From a virus, in IMG/VR virus record IMGVR_UViG_3300021963_000109, positions 4,224 through 68,223 of that record: a stretch of DNA of 64,000 nt. The stretch is one strand, 5' to 3'. The notes below the pieces were generated by a model that saw only the letters and a program-made list of their open reading frames with translations, searched no databases and was not told the origin of the DNA. Numbering within the stretch: position 1 is the stretch's first letter; the number at the start of each line of letters is the position of its first letter. The position numbers were made by a program, and so were the translations under genes. This document shows positions 41,001 to 48,406 of this stretch, one piece after another.

Positions 41001-42629
41001 AAGATATTCTTTTTTAAGTTTTTCTTTAAGCCCAAAGAGTTTAATTAAAACCTCATCTGGGGAAAAAACAAAAGCATTTTCCACAACTGGATAATCAAAC
41101 TGATCATATCTGTTTTCTACAACTCTGTTGATATCATAGAATAAACCAAATAAAGCAGTTTTCTTAAAGCTGGAAGAAGGAAATAATTTTTCAATTGGAG
41201 ATTTTAAACCATATGTCCCGTCGTCTTTTTTTCCATATATTTCTACCTGCTTATACTTATCAGAGTTTTCATCATCAAGTAAGCTTGCAATAAGGGTGCT
41301 TTGACTTTGAGTTTGAGAACTCATAGAATCTAAAACAGCCTGATTTTCCTCTAAAGCGCTTTTTGGAGATTCTGATTTTTTAATATTTAACCAATATTCC
41401 TTTACTCTTAAATCTTGATATCCAAAAAATCTAATTGCGTTTATAAGACCTTTATAAGATCCAACGTAAGGAAAAATCTCATGTCCCTCTAAAAGAAGTT
41501 CCTTCCTTTTTACGTTTAAAATTTCATAATCTGTTAATGGCTCTTTTGGATCAGCATCTCTTAAAACATAGGTATCCTCCGCATTTAATTTTCTTCCGAA
41601 GTTACTTAATAAAGTTTTATATCTTTCGTCTTCACCCTCTGTCTCTGCATGAATCTCTATTCTTGCAACAATTTTTGGGTATCCTAATGATAAATCCTCG
41701 ATCACTAAGGTTCTTCCAAATATTCCCTCTTCTGCTGAATTAAGAGCAAGGTTAATTGAAACGCTAGATGAATCTACATTTCCACTTACTCTTAGATCAT
41801 CAACTATAGTTTCTGAAGAATCGTATCCGATTTTAAAATATGCAGTCTGTAATGAATTTAAAACCGGAGCATCTAATTTGGAATCTTCAAGAAGCTCGTA
41901 TTGATAGATGTATTCAGACACATCGTTTTTTTCCTCCACTGGATAAACAAAAATCTTTGTGCTATCTAAACTTTGAGTGCATATCTTATTAAGGTAAATG
42001 TTTTTTCCACTAACGCTGGTAATCCTAGCGTCTTTGGGAATTCCATCCCCCAGTATCATAAGTTCTTCTTCACTTTCTGATATAGCAGATAGATTTATGT
42101 TTGTAGTAATATAATCTTTCCCAGCTACTATTTTAGCATCAAAAGAATCAAATGCATCAAAATCTAAAACGTTTCTAGTGGTTTCAAATGATGATCTCCA
42201 AAGATTAAAAAGCAGAGGAGCGCCATTAACAGTAGTTGTTGCGTTATTCTGAAGAGTTATTGATTTTAATGTTGTATCAACTGCTGTAATAGTATTACCA
42301 TTAGGAAATTGATCACAAAAAAGCTTTGCCCCAACATATTCAGAAATTGGGGTTATGTCAGTATAAACTACATTACTTCCGCTTTTAAAATTACCATAAA
42401 TTCCAGATCCTGAATTATTAGAAGAAACGTCCGGGGTAATGTGTGGATATCCATAAACAATATTTCCCAGAGAGTCCTTGAATTTTTCAATGATAAAAAA
42501 GTGCTCTATCTCAAAAAGACCAACAGATACCTTAGGAAGCAATAATCTTGCCTCCCAAAAATTTCCATTCCAAATTAAATTTGTTTGGTTACCAGATTTA
42601 TTAAAGAATAAAAGATTTTTATAATTCAT
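35097..42629 (-). CDS. Giant baseplate wedge protein (gp7/P2-gpI-like core) with CBM-like, beta-propeller and PKD-like domains
   Basis: GSYKGLINAIRFFG motif; next to the gp6-like gene; C-terminal propeller repeats and FNKPGFYSLYLQVEDSNG. Confidence 0.65.
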   Translation of the reverse strand: MNYKNLLFFNKSGNQTNLIWNGNFWEARLLLPKVSVGLFEIEHFFIIEKFKDSLGNIVYGYPHITPDVSSNNSGSGIYGNFKSGSNVVYTDITPISEYVGAKLFCDQFPNGNTITAVDTTLKSITLQNNATTTVNGAPLLFNLWRSSFETTRNVLDFDAFDSFDAKIVAGKDYITTNINLSAISESEEELMILGDGIPKDARITSVSGKNIYLNKICTQSLDSTKIFVYPVEEKNDVSEYIYQYELLEDSKLDAPVLNSLQTAYFKIGYDSSETIVDDLRVSGNVDSSSVSINLALNSAEEGIFGRTLVIEDLSLGYPKIVARIEIHAETEGEDERYKTLLSNFGRKLNAEDTYVLRDADPKEPLTDYEILNVKRKELLLEGHEIFPYVGSYKGLINAIRFFGYQDLRVKEYWLNIKKSESPKSALEENQAVLDSMSSQTQSQSTLIASLLDDENSDKYKQVEIYGKKDDGTYGLKSPIEKLFPSSSFKKTALFGLFYDINRVVENRYDQFDYPVVENAFVFSPDEVLIKLFGLKEKLKKEYLPLNARIIDITGEGVYFTVYKTRGWIDNLKIDQLDQGLDIELSFSPDFGYIEDLRYFNLRPNDSIPTVPYVGPNPFTYTYSTYGNLTLPSSSNPVISGKNSKKLADAISNFYKERNTSGLPKLNLGDNQKYRKLSDGQDYEIPSGFPTVLEITSFNLSWDELNNKWEGLDRNVSTYSTTLASVSDLTGYTGDNLISSSVNHTFDNTLKFGDLFDVTLPTSITYLIASTGKVQLKFTSNDDAAYAFLAEVQTYSQSTGIANIKLLWLKETPIILDDWKVEIVNLFSQNLDFEYYDYSFNSDGFYAWDNLRFAGFYEVEWTITKKDDRPYKYEFRGKISDYYKLPIILPYSGIYSVKCRVWDGFNDICAVHYENSIEVKTRDLEVANVARYRESEVYTWENVSKTWDDHSSLWVFPIEKNQDDKHKTSKEILTPAEYGNQFNEGQECKVLKRFGETIGSAPLKFGLQKMVLSGFTSTYPGGGIGPVLVTINPSYLPHSFTNGEKITLIDNYNVTGNLSGQYNIFNVTSTGFTLPIVLNSSVTASQFSVIKTGSIKVQYEGKTYANINFNGRLDTTLGNLMSAFNNVLKDPQFAIDTITDTTVSSVTVQEWMEVMFKAPIGTGETFNGKKLDVTTTGGLYVYDGTSVGRTAQAEISGGVNPYDQYVDFDFNGDLPVENMRYYGTKALNWDAFDQLEWENLYSQTWGSYDFHEGWLGGFSLYNLQSGDKLRVGSGSRGIVLGNMSSPDLSPNYLDLNEACDQLNASRDPGISKFNYEVRGFSKLGNNFNFQGSPIGSPLITLAIPYNEESESFDVQTGASPGAGAATSMFPDKNGDIIMGGVYDVRVFKSPTDFDNYPISALYPGSVPRKVQVDEYHRWWCYGESCTVPLVVYDRYYPENTLIFSTSPVTSFANPGLNYIVPLPVSSFQILCLGIDKLTDNFTMYVKYQQTYSISPAATDNVFRLLEFNASTKEFKNLSVQGPIWTIIKTYDQGSIITYNGESYISLINSNIGNNPSTSASSWEIIDQDPLTKLDTSVIYIRQLKYEYFGKYSKLWMATNNGIKTYDGVRISSLDISDSGLHTNDVYAITIDETNAKWIGTSDGMAYYDNGRWGCWTPSSRSELPIAKYRNIVNLGNGRIFCIAQTGSQNYKLVYFNGITIKVYDYDPGTTNQFAPANYLDFDYEDLYFMMNEVKYIDGTFTRYPGDIMYLGDVYRIGQNYVVPGYWNPTYTGTYYQTQNLYMRKVSYTIPYIHASSKYTGPGGWDFVYHLSYRPVPDPIYLKLKGISETEINFNFLVGPLYTSSVNIGKDPQLPYADSRSWKMPHWLNYDFSKITDAHPNINSDDLFLDAPLRDIESGIASKEPYWRNSNLIRSSDKNLGNIIDSFEWVIKIGDGSDDRGMRVFVGEDGYVYVTGYFQDTAYFGAKNNLPSGANTTLSSTGCRSIFVAKYNQVGVIQWARKYGEDGTSGSRDYDYTPMGIKVDHLGNVIVVGYKNKVRNNTSGELSDNLYIKWNGDAQLVTATSLFTSPTINDTEIISDLAIDRVGNVYVAGNFTGTITSGTKTITSATSTQEVFAARVEGDGSIKWLKKMNTAGEESDPSLHIGESYEDLYIAFNSKSGSDQKIYLNRYTSYDFNSEWSKTISNTDFGTFTTKPHIRVSKNGEIALGASFKGKLTVDDISFTSIGDSDIAVFKFNGYRPLWGKNVGSLYSDFCQDIGIDSEGSIFVLGSYSGYVTASPNYSSPNYYPSPQGNLDVIMFKYDPDGTLLDIVDSGGLGRDEGMSISFDKDDNIYLTGYVTGQSNFSNWVVSPGGGEDAFVGKISNLKYKTGKKIGDPFSLFGSQTWEIGDDKITHKEFEAPMGSTVVFNPLDSLIPGKRNHVWKLIYDGSGEELINVKDVKSFIWTFNKPGFYSLYLQVEDSNGNLSVFDKKGYIRIIDHKNAPSGEIIEYVNSEIFRKRAIYEAKTFPQLA

Positions 42630-42883
42630 TATCTAACATACTTATTATTCTTAGGAACACGATAGTTGAAGAAATTTTTAATATCCTTAGTTTTTTCGAC
42701 TAAAGCAAAAACTACTTTTTCTAAAGATTTAAGAATGGACTTTCTATTTCCATCACCATCTAAGGTAACAGACGAGAGGGTTTTTTCAAAGATTTTTCCT
42801 TCGTAATCAAAACCAACATTAGTTCTCCTGTCCTGTGTTGAATTTATATAGTCGTAGTAACTTTTTCTTCCTGTATTAAACAT
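42629..42883 (-). CDS. Small baseplate-associated hypothetical protein
   Basis: 84 aa; one-base overlaps with both neighbours. Confidence 0.55.
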   Translation of the reverse strand: MFNTGRKSYYDYINSTQDRRTNVGFDYEGKIFEKTLSSVTLDGDGNRKSILKSLEKVVFALVEKTKDIKNFFNYRVPKNNKYVR

Positions 42884-44616
42884 TATAGGGTATTAGTATT
42901 GGAATTTTTAAGTAACTGTTTGTTCTTATAATTTATTTCAGTGTTATAAGTAACAGGAACTACCTTTCTGATGTCTATATTTATAGATGAAAGTTTATTG
43001 AGATCTGCACCTTTATCGTAGAAAAGACCTGCTCTATCAGACCATCCACCAGTTACAATAACAATTTCATCTTTGTCAAACAGGATATCTCCAAAATCAT
43101 CAAGTCCTAAAACTATTTTTTTCTTAGGATCGGTGTCTTCAAGATCTGCAACACTTAGTGCATATTTTTCATTCTTTTCAGAAACAAAGAAAATAGTAAC
43201 GGAATCAACACCAGTTATTGATTCTACAACTGAAATTAAATCAGATCTAGGAATTTTATCTCTCCTTCTGATATTAATAAAGTAATTACTCATTGCATCT
43301 ACAATTTGTCCTCTAACTGTATCCGGGTCATTTCCTTCAAAAATTGTTATTAGAATATTAATAACATATCTGGAAATTTTAGGCTCAAGAATTTTTACCT
43401 CAGTTGTTACAATCTTCTGTCCGCTTTCTTCTATAGAATTTAGTAATCTATTTTTTTGAAATTCGGTTAATCTAAATTCTGTCTCTTTAATATCAAAATA
43501 GGTTTCATTAGTTTTTAATTTTTTAGTTATGTCTGGAACTAATAAAACATAAATTATGTTATCGTCATCTAAATACTGATCATCAAAAGTTGAAAATGCT
43601 TCTATAATGGAAAATGTTCCAAATTTTTCAAAAAATGTGATATAGCTATCAGGGTTTGCTAGCACATAAGATCTAGATGTTTTAGGTGCTAAAATTCTTG
43701 TTAATTCTATAGATTCTCTGTTTGTTCCAAGCTGTGGAGCAACTGTGCATGCAACATTTAAATATTCCTTCAGAGAAACACTATTTCCAAAAGCATCAGT
43801 ACCCTCGTCTTCAAATTCAAAAGGAATTTTACCTGCTTCTAACGAATTAATATTTCCTAAAATTCCTGAGGTCTCTAAATATCTAACTTCGATTGTTGTA
43901 CCGGGTTCTGGAATTTTCCCAAAATTTTTATTTCCGAAAATAACATCTATTCCATTATTGATTCCTGTTTTAACAAGACATCCTTTTTGATTGAAAGGAA
44001 TATCATATAAAGAATCATATATTTTCCACTCTTCACTATTAACAAAGACTCTAACCTCAAAATTATCAACAGCAGATGTAATTCTATCCGAAACGTTATA
44101 GCTTTGTAAAACTTCGCCAGTTCCTGTGAATAAAGCAGCTCTAACACTACCTTCAATTATTTCACAGGAAACTTTAGAGGTTGAATTGAGATTAATCCTC
44201 ACATAATCCTGTGTTAGGTTTAGGACATAGCTAATTCCCGAGTTTTGAAATTTAATGCTTGCATATTTAGGAATGAGAATTGCACCCCCACCTACTGTGG
44301 TAGAATCTGTTCCATTCCATGAAATATCAACTTGTCCTCTGGCGGAACTACTTCTAGAAGCGTTGTGTCCAGTTAAAGCTGCAAGTCCATAAATTGAACT
44401 TTCTCTAGTGGCCTTTTTAATGTCCAGCTCCGTTATGGAATCCTCAATAAAAAACAGGATTAATTGAGAAAGGTTTTGAAGTACAAATAGGATTTGTCCC
44501 CAGGCAGATGCTACCGTAAATAGCTGATTTGCTTGGTTATATCTTCTTTGGATCAAAGTAAGCGAATCCTGTACTAGGTCCTGTATTTTCGCTCTGTTCT
44601 TTTTAAATAAATCCAT
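42883..44616 (-). CDS. Baseplate wedge subunit (T4 gp6-like)
   Basis: A..ESSIYGLA...G, VIFGNKNFGKIP, IEVRYLETSG..GN. Confidence 0.8.
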   Translation of the reverse strand: MDLFKKNRAKIQDLVQDSLTLIQRRYNQANQLFTVASAWGQILFVLQNLSQLILFFIEDSITELDIKKATRESSIYGLAALTGHNASRSSSARGQVDISWNGTDSTTVGGGAILIPKYASIKFQNSGISYVLNLTQDYVRINLNSTSKVSCEIIEGSVRAALFTGTGEVLQSYNVSDRITSAVDNFEVRVFVNSEEWKIYDSLYDIPFNQKGCLVKTGINNGIDVIFGNKNFGKIPEPGTTIEVRYLETSGILGNINSLEAGKIPFEFEDEGTDAFGNSVSLKEYLNVACTVAPQLGTNRESIELTRILAPKTSRSYVLANPDSYITFFEKFGTFSIIEAFSTFDDQYLDDDNIIYVLLVPDITKKLKTNETYFDIKETEFRLTEFQKNRLLNSIEESGQKIVTTEVKILEPKISRYVINILITIFEGNDPDTVRGQIVDAMSNYFINIRRRDKIPRSDLISVVESITGVDSVTIFFVSEKNEKYALSVADLEDTDPKKKIVLGLDDFGDILFDKDEIVIVTGGWSDRAGLFYDKGADLNKLSSINIDIRKVVPVTYNTEINYKNKQLLKNSNTNTL

Positions 44617-44617
44617 T

Positions 44618-44989
44618 TTAAATTACCTTTATTCCTAAAACCGGGTTTCCCTTGATGCCAAATTCTATAACGCAAGAATCTCTAGTTTCACCCTGAAAAA
44701 ACCCAAGACTAAAATCGACCTTAAGAATATCTCTAGCGAATGGGCAGTATGTATAAAGTTGTAGCTCTATAGCATCTTCTAACTCAGTCTGAGAAACCTC
44801 AAAATCAAATACCAAAGATTCCAGATCTATACCAAAAAATGGGTCTCCTAAAACAGAACCAGGCTTAGTCAGCATGATCTGTTTTATCATCCCTATAGTA
44901 GATTCTACTACATCGTCAGTCTCCAGTTTGTTAGGAACATACAGGGGATCGTCGGGATTTCTGGGATATATGTCTGTTATTTTGATCAT
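44618..44989 (-). CDS. Baseplate wedge/sheath initiator (gp25/GPW-like)
   Basis: IMLTKPGSVLGDPFFGIDLESLVFD. Confidence 0.85.
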   Translation of the reverse strand: MIKITDIYPRNPDDPLYVPNKLETDDVVESTIGMIKQIMLTKPGSVLGDPFFGIDLESLVFDFEVSQTELEDAIELQLYTYCPFARDILKVDFSLGFFQGETRDSCVIEFGIKGNPVLGIKVI

Positions 44990-45035
44990 TATCTTCCCTT
45001 ATATATTTAGAAAATATATCTAGAAGATATTTATC
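44990..45035 (-). promoter_or_regulatory. Late-promoter-like motifs within a 16-bp interrupted hairpin covering the RBS of the gp25-like gene
   Basis: Minus strand TATCTTCT-AG-ATATATTT-TCT-AAATATAT-AAG-GGAAGATA-ATG. Confidence 0.55.
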
Positions 45036-45039
45036 CAGA

Positions 45040-45813
45040 TTAATTCCACTGTAAAAAGTAACTTGGGGTGTTTTCGCTTTTGATCATATCCATTACCTCG
45101 GTTCTTTCTGCTGATCCTTGCTCCTTAATTGCAGCAGCATTAATGGTTACTCCCCCTGGTAATTGATATCCAAACGTTCCTAATAATCGACCTATGTTAA
45201 TTTTTGCCTCTGCCAAGCAGTATCTTACAAAAAGCTCATCGGAATAAAGATTCTCTTCAGGGATAGCAACATATGCTCTAACCCCGACATCTTTACCGCC
45301 AAGAGCTAATCCAGTCGATGTGGTACGATTAGGATCGCGTCCTAATATGGTTAATTTCTTCGTATTTTTGTTATAATTGAAAGCGAATGTTTCTAATAGG
45401 TAAGCTTTTGCAAGGTCAAAAAAGGAGTATAAAACTGTCCTATACACTAGGTTATCCCCAACAAATGGACTTAGCATTAATTCTGATCCTAATAATTTAG
45501 AATCTCCAAAGTCCCTATCTGGGGTTCCTACGATTCCAGCTCCCCCTACTTCTCTCACGTCATAGACACTAACTATGCATTCAGGTAGTTGAATTTGTCT
45601 GGTTGCTCTAAAAGAAGCATGGCTAAATAGTTCTTTTCCCAAAACAAAAATTCTATCTTCCACTGCATATTGATAATTGTCATAGAAGAATGCCTTGGCT
45701 CTTTTGATAATTCTCTTAATCTCCCCATCGTTTAAAGCATAGGGAAGAGCACATGAGTGGGAAAGATCGTCTTTTACCTCCTGAATTAATTCTTGTTCTG
45801 TAGTTATAGCCAT
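45040..45813 (-). CDS. Neck protein (T4 gp13-like)
   Basis: FVRYCLAEAK..IGR.LG.F..QLPGGVTINA..I. Confidence 0.8.
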   Translation of the reverse strand: MAITTEQELIQEVKDDLSHSCALPYALNDGEIKRIIKRAKAFFYDNYQYAVEDRIFVLGKELFSHASFRATRQIQLPECIVSVYDVREVGGAGIVGTPDRDFGDSKLLGSELMLSPFVGDNLVYRTVLYSFFDLAKAYLLETFAFNYNKNTKKLTILGRDPNRTTSTGLALGGKDVGVRAYVAIPEENLYSDELFVRYCLAEAKINIGRLLGTFGYQLPGGVTINAAAIKEQGSAERTEVMDMIKSENTPSYFLQWN

Positions 45814-45814
45814 T

Positions 45815-47272
45815 TTAAATGTTCTTATTTAGATATCTATTCGCAGAGTAGGAAGGAAGTTTATCATTTAAGTTAGTAAATCTTTCTTTACCTGCTAGGA
45901 AGCTATCTTCGTTTCTATCAGGGAAAATCTCAGTTCTAACCATTTTATCTCCTTTTCCTTTGCCCTTGCCTTTGGCGTCGCCTGTGCTACTAATAACCTC
46001 TGTGTTGTCTGAAATAATAGCAGTTGATGTAACATATCCTGATCTAATAACTCCACCAGTAACCTCACATCCAATTTCTCTTTCTTTAGAGTCTATGTAA
46101 CTATTTTCAATTTTGTTAGAAAATCCAAGGTCACAATCTGTTAATTTTGAATCGTATACATCATTATTCATCACGAGGTTTGAATCCTCTACTTGACAGT
46201 TTTTAATTTCACACCCAAAAAGCCTGCAGTTAGCAACGTTTCCTTCGATCTTACATTCTATTAGATCCAGGTTCTTAATAATGTTAGCAGATTGTGTTTC
46301 TGCATCTTTTAATTGGTATCTAGAAATTTGTGTATCGTAATTCAGAAATCCCTTGCTTATTTGATTGTCTACAATTAAGTTATAAAGGATATCCTTTAAC
46401 TCATGAAAATATGTCTTTATAATTTGAATGTCCTCCCTTAAATCAATCGTAATATGAAAATCTGGATAGTTCTTCATGAAGGACTCCGGGTCTATAAAAG
46501 TCTCGGCTTCTTTATGAGCCTTGGAAATTAATTCGCTAAGTGTAGCAGTTTCCTTCTGATTTAATGTGTCATTCTCTAATAGACATCTAAAAGAATATTC
46601 TACTACATAATCGATAATGTCTTTGACTTCGGTATATTTCTTCTGATAATCAGTTCCACCCATATACCTTATTTCGATATACCCCTCCTTAAGTTTGGTT
46701 AAATTAACCCCCATATTCTTTTCAACAAACACGGAATATGAATTTTTATCACCTAATGGGTTTTTAAAATTCCTAACAAATTTATTGGAAGGGGTAACTC
46801 TCTTTATAGATTTAGCATATAGGGATCCTCTTCTTTCTGGAAATTTGTTCCAAATAAATTCTTCATCAAAACCAAGAACAAATTTTAATGGATTTAAATT
46901 TTTGAAATCGGTAAGGTTGGGATATTTGTCACGATCAAAGCTAATGCTAAATTGCAAAGCGCATTTATCATTAGTATAGCCGTTTTCGTCAATCCATTTC
47001 AGAATTCTAATTAAAACAGGAATTGCCTCGTAATAGTCCATTGGACCGGTTACGAGTTCAACCATTTTAAGACCACCTGAAAAATCAGGCTCTAGCTTGT
47101 AAATATCACGAGTTGGGGAAAATTTAGAGTGGTATTTCTTGAATACCTTTATCTTTTTCCCTAAATTTTCCCCAAGTTTTTCGGCTATCTCGTCCCTTCT
47201 AAAAGAGGACATGAACTCGAATTCAAATCCGATTTTAGAAGCGTAGAAGAAGTTTTGATCAAGTATTTTCAA
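45815..47272 (-). CDS. Amidoligase (COOH-NH2 ligase type 2-like) with beta-helix-like C-terminus
   Basis: IGFEFEF, LEPDFSGG..VELVT, TNDKCALQ, YIEIRYMGG. Confidence 0.7.
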   Translation of the reverse strand: MKILDQNFFYASKIGFEFEFMSSFRRDEIAEKLGENLGKKIKVFKKYHSKFSPTRDIYKLEPDFSGGLKMVELVTGPMDYYEAIPVLIRILKWIDENGYTNDKCALQFSISFDRDKYPNLTDFKNLNPLKFVLGFDEEFIWNKFPERRGSLYAKSIKRVTPSNKFVRNFKNPLGDKNSYSVFVEKNMGVNLTKLKEGYIEIRYMGGTDYQKKYTEVKDIIDYVVEYSFRCLLENDTLNQKETATLSELISKAHKEAETFIDPESFMKNYPDFHITIDLREDIQIIKTYFHELKDILYNLIVDNQISKGFLNYDTQISRYQLKDAETQSANIIKNLDLIECKIEGNVANCRLFGCEIKNCQVEDSNLVMNNDVYDSKLTDCDLGFSNKIENSYIDSKEREIGCEVTGGVIRSGYVTSTAIISDNTEVISSTGDAKGKGKGKGDKMVRTEIFPDRNEDSFLAGKERFTNLNDKLPSYSANRYLNKNI

Positions 47273-48383
47273 TTTTTTCTTTTAGATACAGTTTAGAACT
47301 TTGTAGTTCAACATCCATAATTGTACAATTGATCTCAGATCCAACTTCATACTCCTTAGGATTTTTAGCTAACCAGTCCTTTTCTACAAGTCCAACGATG
47401 TTATTTTCGAGCTTAACAAAAACTCCAAAATTCTTAACCTTGGACACTGTACCTCTATATATTTTATTTTCCTTGTCTTCCGATAAAGAAACATCTTTTA
47501 GTTCCTGAAGATCCCTGTCCTTCCCCTCAGGAGCGGTTAATCTCAACACAATTCTTGTTGGATTTCTAAAATCAGAAACATAGAAAGAAACAGACCCACC
47601 TGGTTCTATTCCCATGTTTTTGCCGGATGTTTCAAATTCTTCGGCGGGAATTAAGCCAGTATAATACTCGTCCCACTCAACAAATACCCCTGCAGTTGAT
47701 GTTCCTGTAACGGTTCCTGTATATTCTTGGGTTAAAGAAAGCTCTTCAACTTTTCTGTCGATGATATGCTTTAGATACTTTTTAAATGAAACTACAAATA
47801 TGTCTCTTCTTTCATCGTAGGTTTCAATCATTACGTTAATTGTTTTACCAACGAAAGATTGGAAATCTATAATTCTATTTGCAGCAGCAAGAGAACCAGG
47901 AAGGAAACACTTGATTCCTGACAGGTTAACCATGAATCCACCAGGACAGGTAGATTCTATTCTACATGCATATGCAGAGGCTTCGTCTTTAATCGATTTA
48001 AGTAAATCTGATTTAAGAGCATTTTCATAACCAGCAGCCAATGATCCATTGTAGGATCCGCTCTTTCCAGAAAAAACAACCACATCAAGTTCGCTTCCTA
48101 GAGTTACCTCAATTGGAGGGAATCCAAGCCTTTTTATGGCTTTTTCTTCCTTAGCAAGATCAATCGAAACAGATTGTCCTACACTTGTTTCTCCAATAGC
48201 TCTATTTCCCGCTATGGTTGATATTTTGACTCTAAGAACCTGATTTTCTTCAAGTTCTTTACTTGTCATTTCTATGGATTTGGAATAAAAATTTCTCTGA
48301 TAGTGTCCTTCGTACAGCTCATCCATGAGAGCTCTTTCTTCGGGAGAATACTCATCCCTTGTGTAATTTCTTTTTTTAGCCAT
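47259..48383 (-). CDS. rpsA: Ribosomal protein S1 homologue (multiple S1 domains)
   Basis: GGFMVNLSGIKCFLPGS; GTVTGTSTAGVFVE...GLI; GTVSKVKNFGVFVKL...GLV. Confidence 0.75.
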   Translation of the reverse strand: MAKKRNYTRDEYSPEERALMDELYEGHYQRNFYSKSIEMTSKELEENQVLRVKISTIAGNRAIGETSVGQSVSIDLAKEEKAIKRLGFPPIEVTLGSELDVVVFSGKSGSYNGSLAAGYENALKSDLLKSIKDEASAYACRIESTCPGGFMVNLSGIKCFLPGSLAAANRIIDFQSFVGKTINVMIETYDERRDIFVVSFKKYLKHIIDRKVEELSLTQEYTGTVTGTSTAGVFVEWDEYYTGLIPAEEFETSGKNMGIEPGGSVSFYVSDFRNPTRIVLRLTAPEGKDRDLQELKDVSLSEDKENKIYRGTVSKVKNFGVFVKLENNIVGLVEKDWLAKNPKEYEVGSEINCTIMDVELQSSKLYLKEKIENT

Positions 48384-48406
48384 TTTTTTTGTTTTAAAAA
48401 TGAGTT

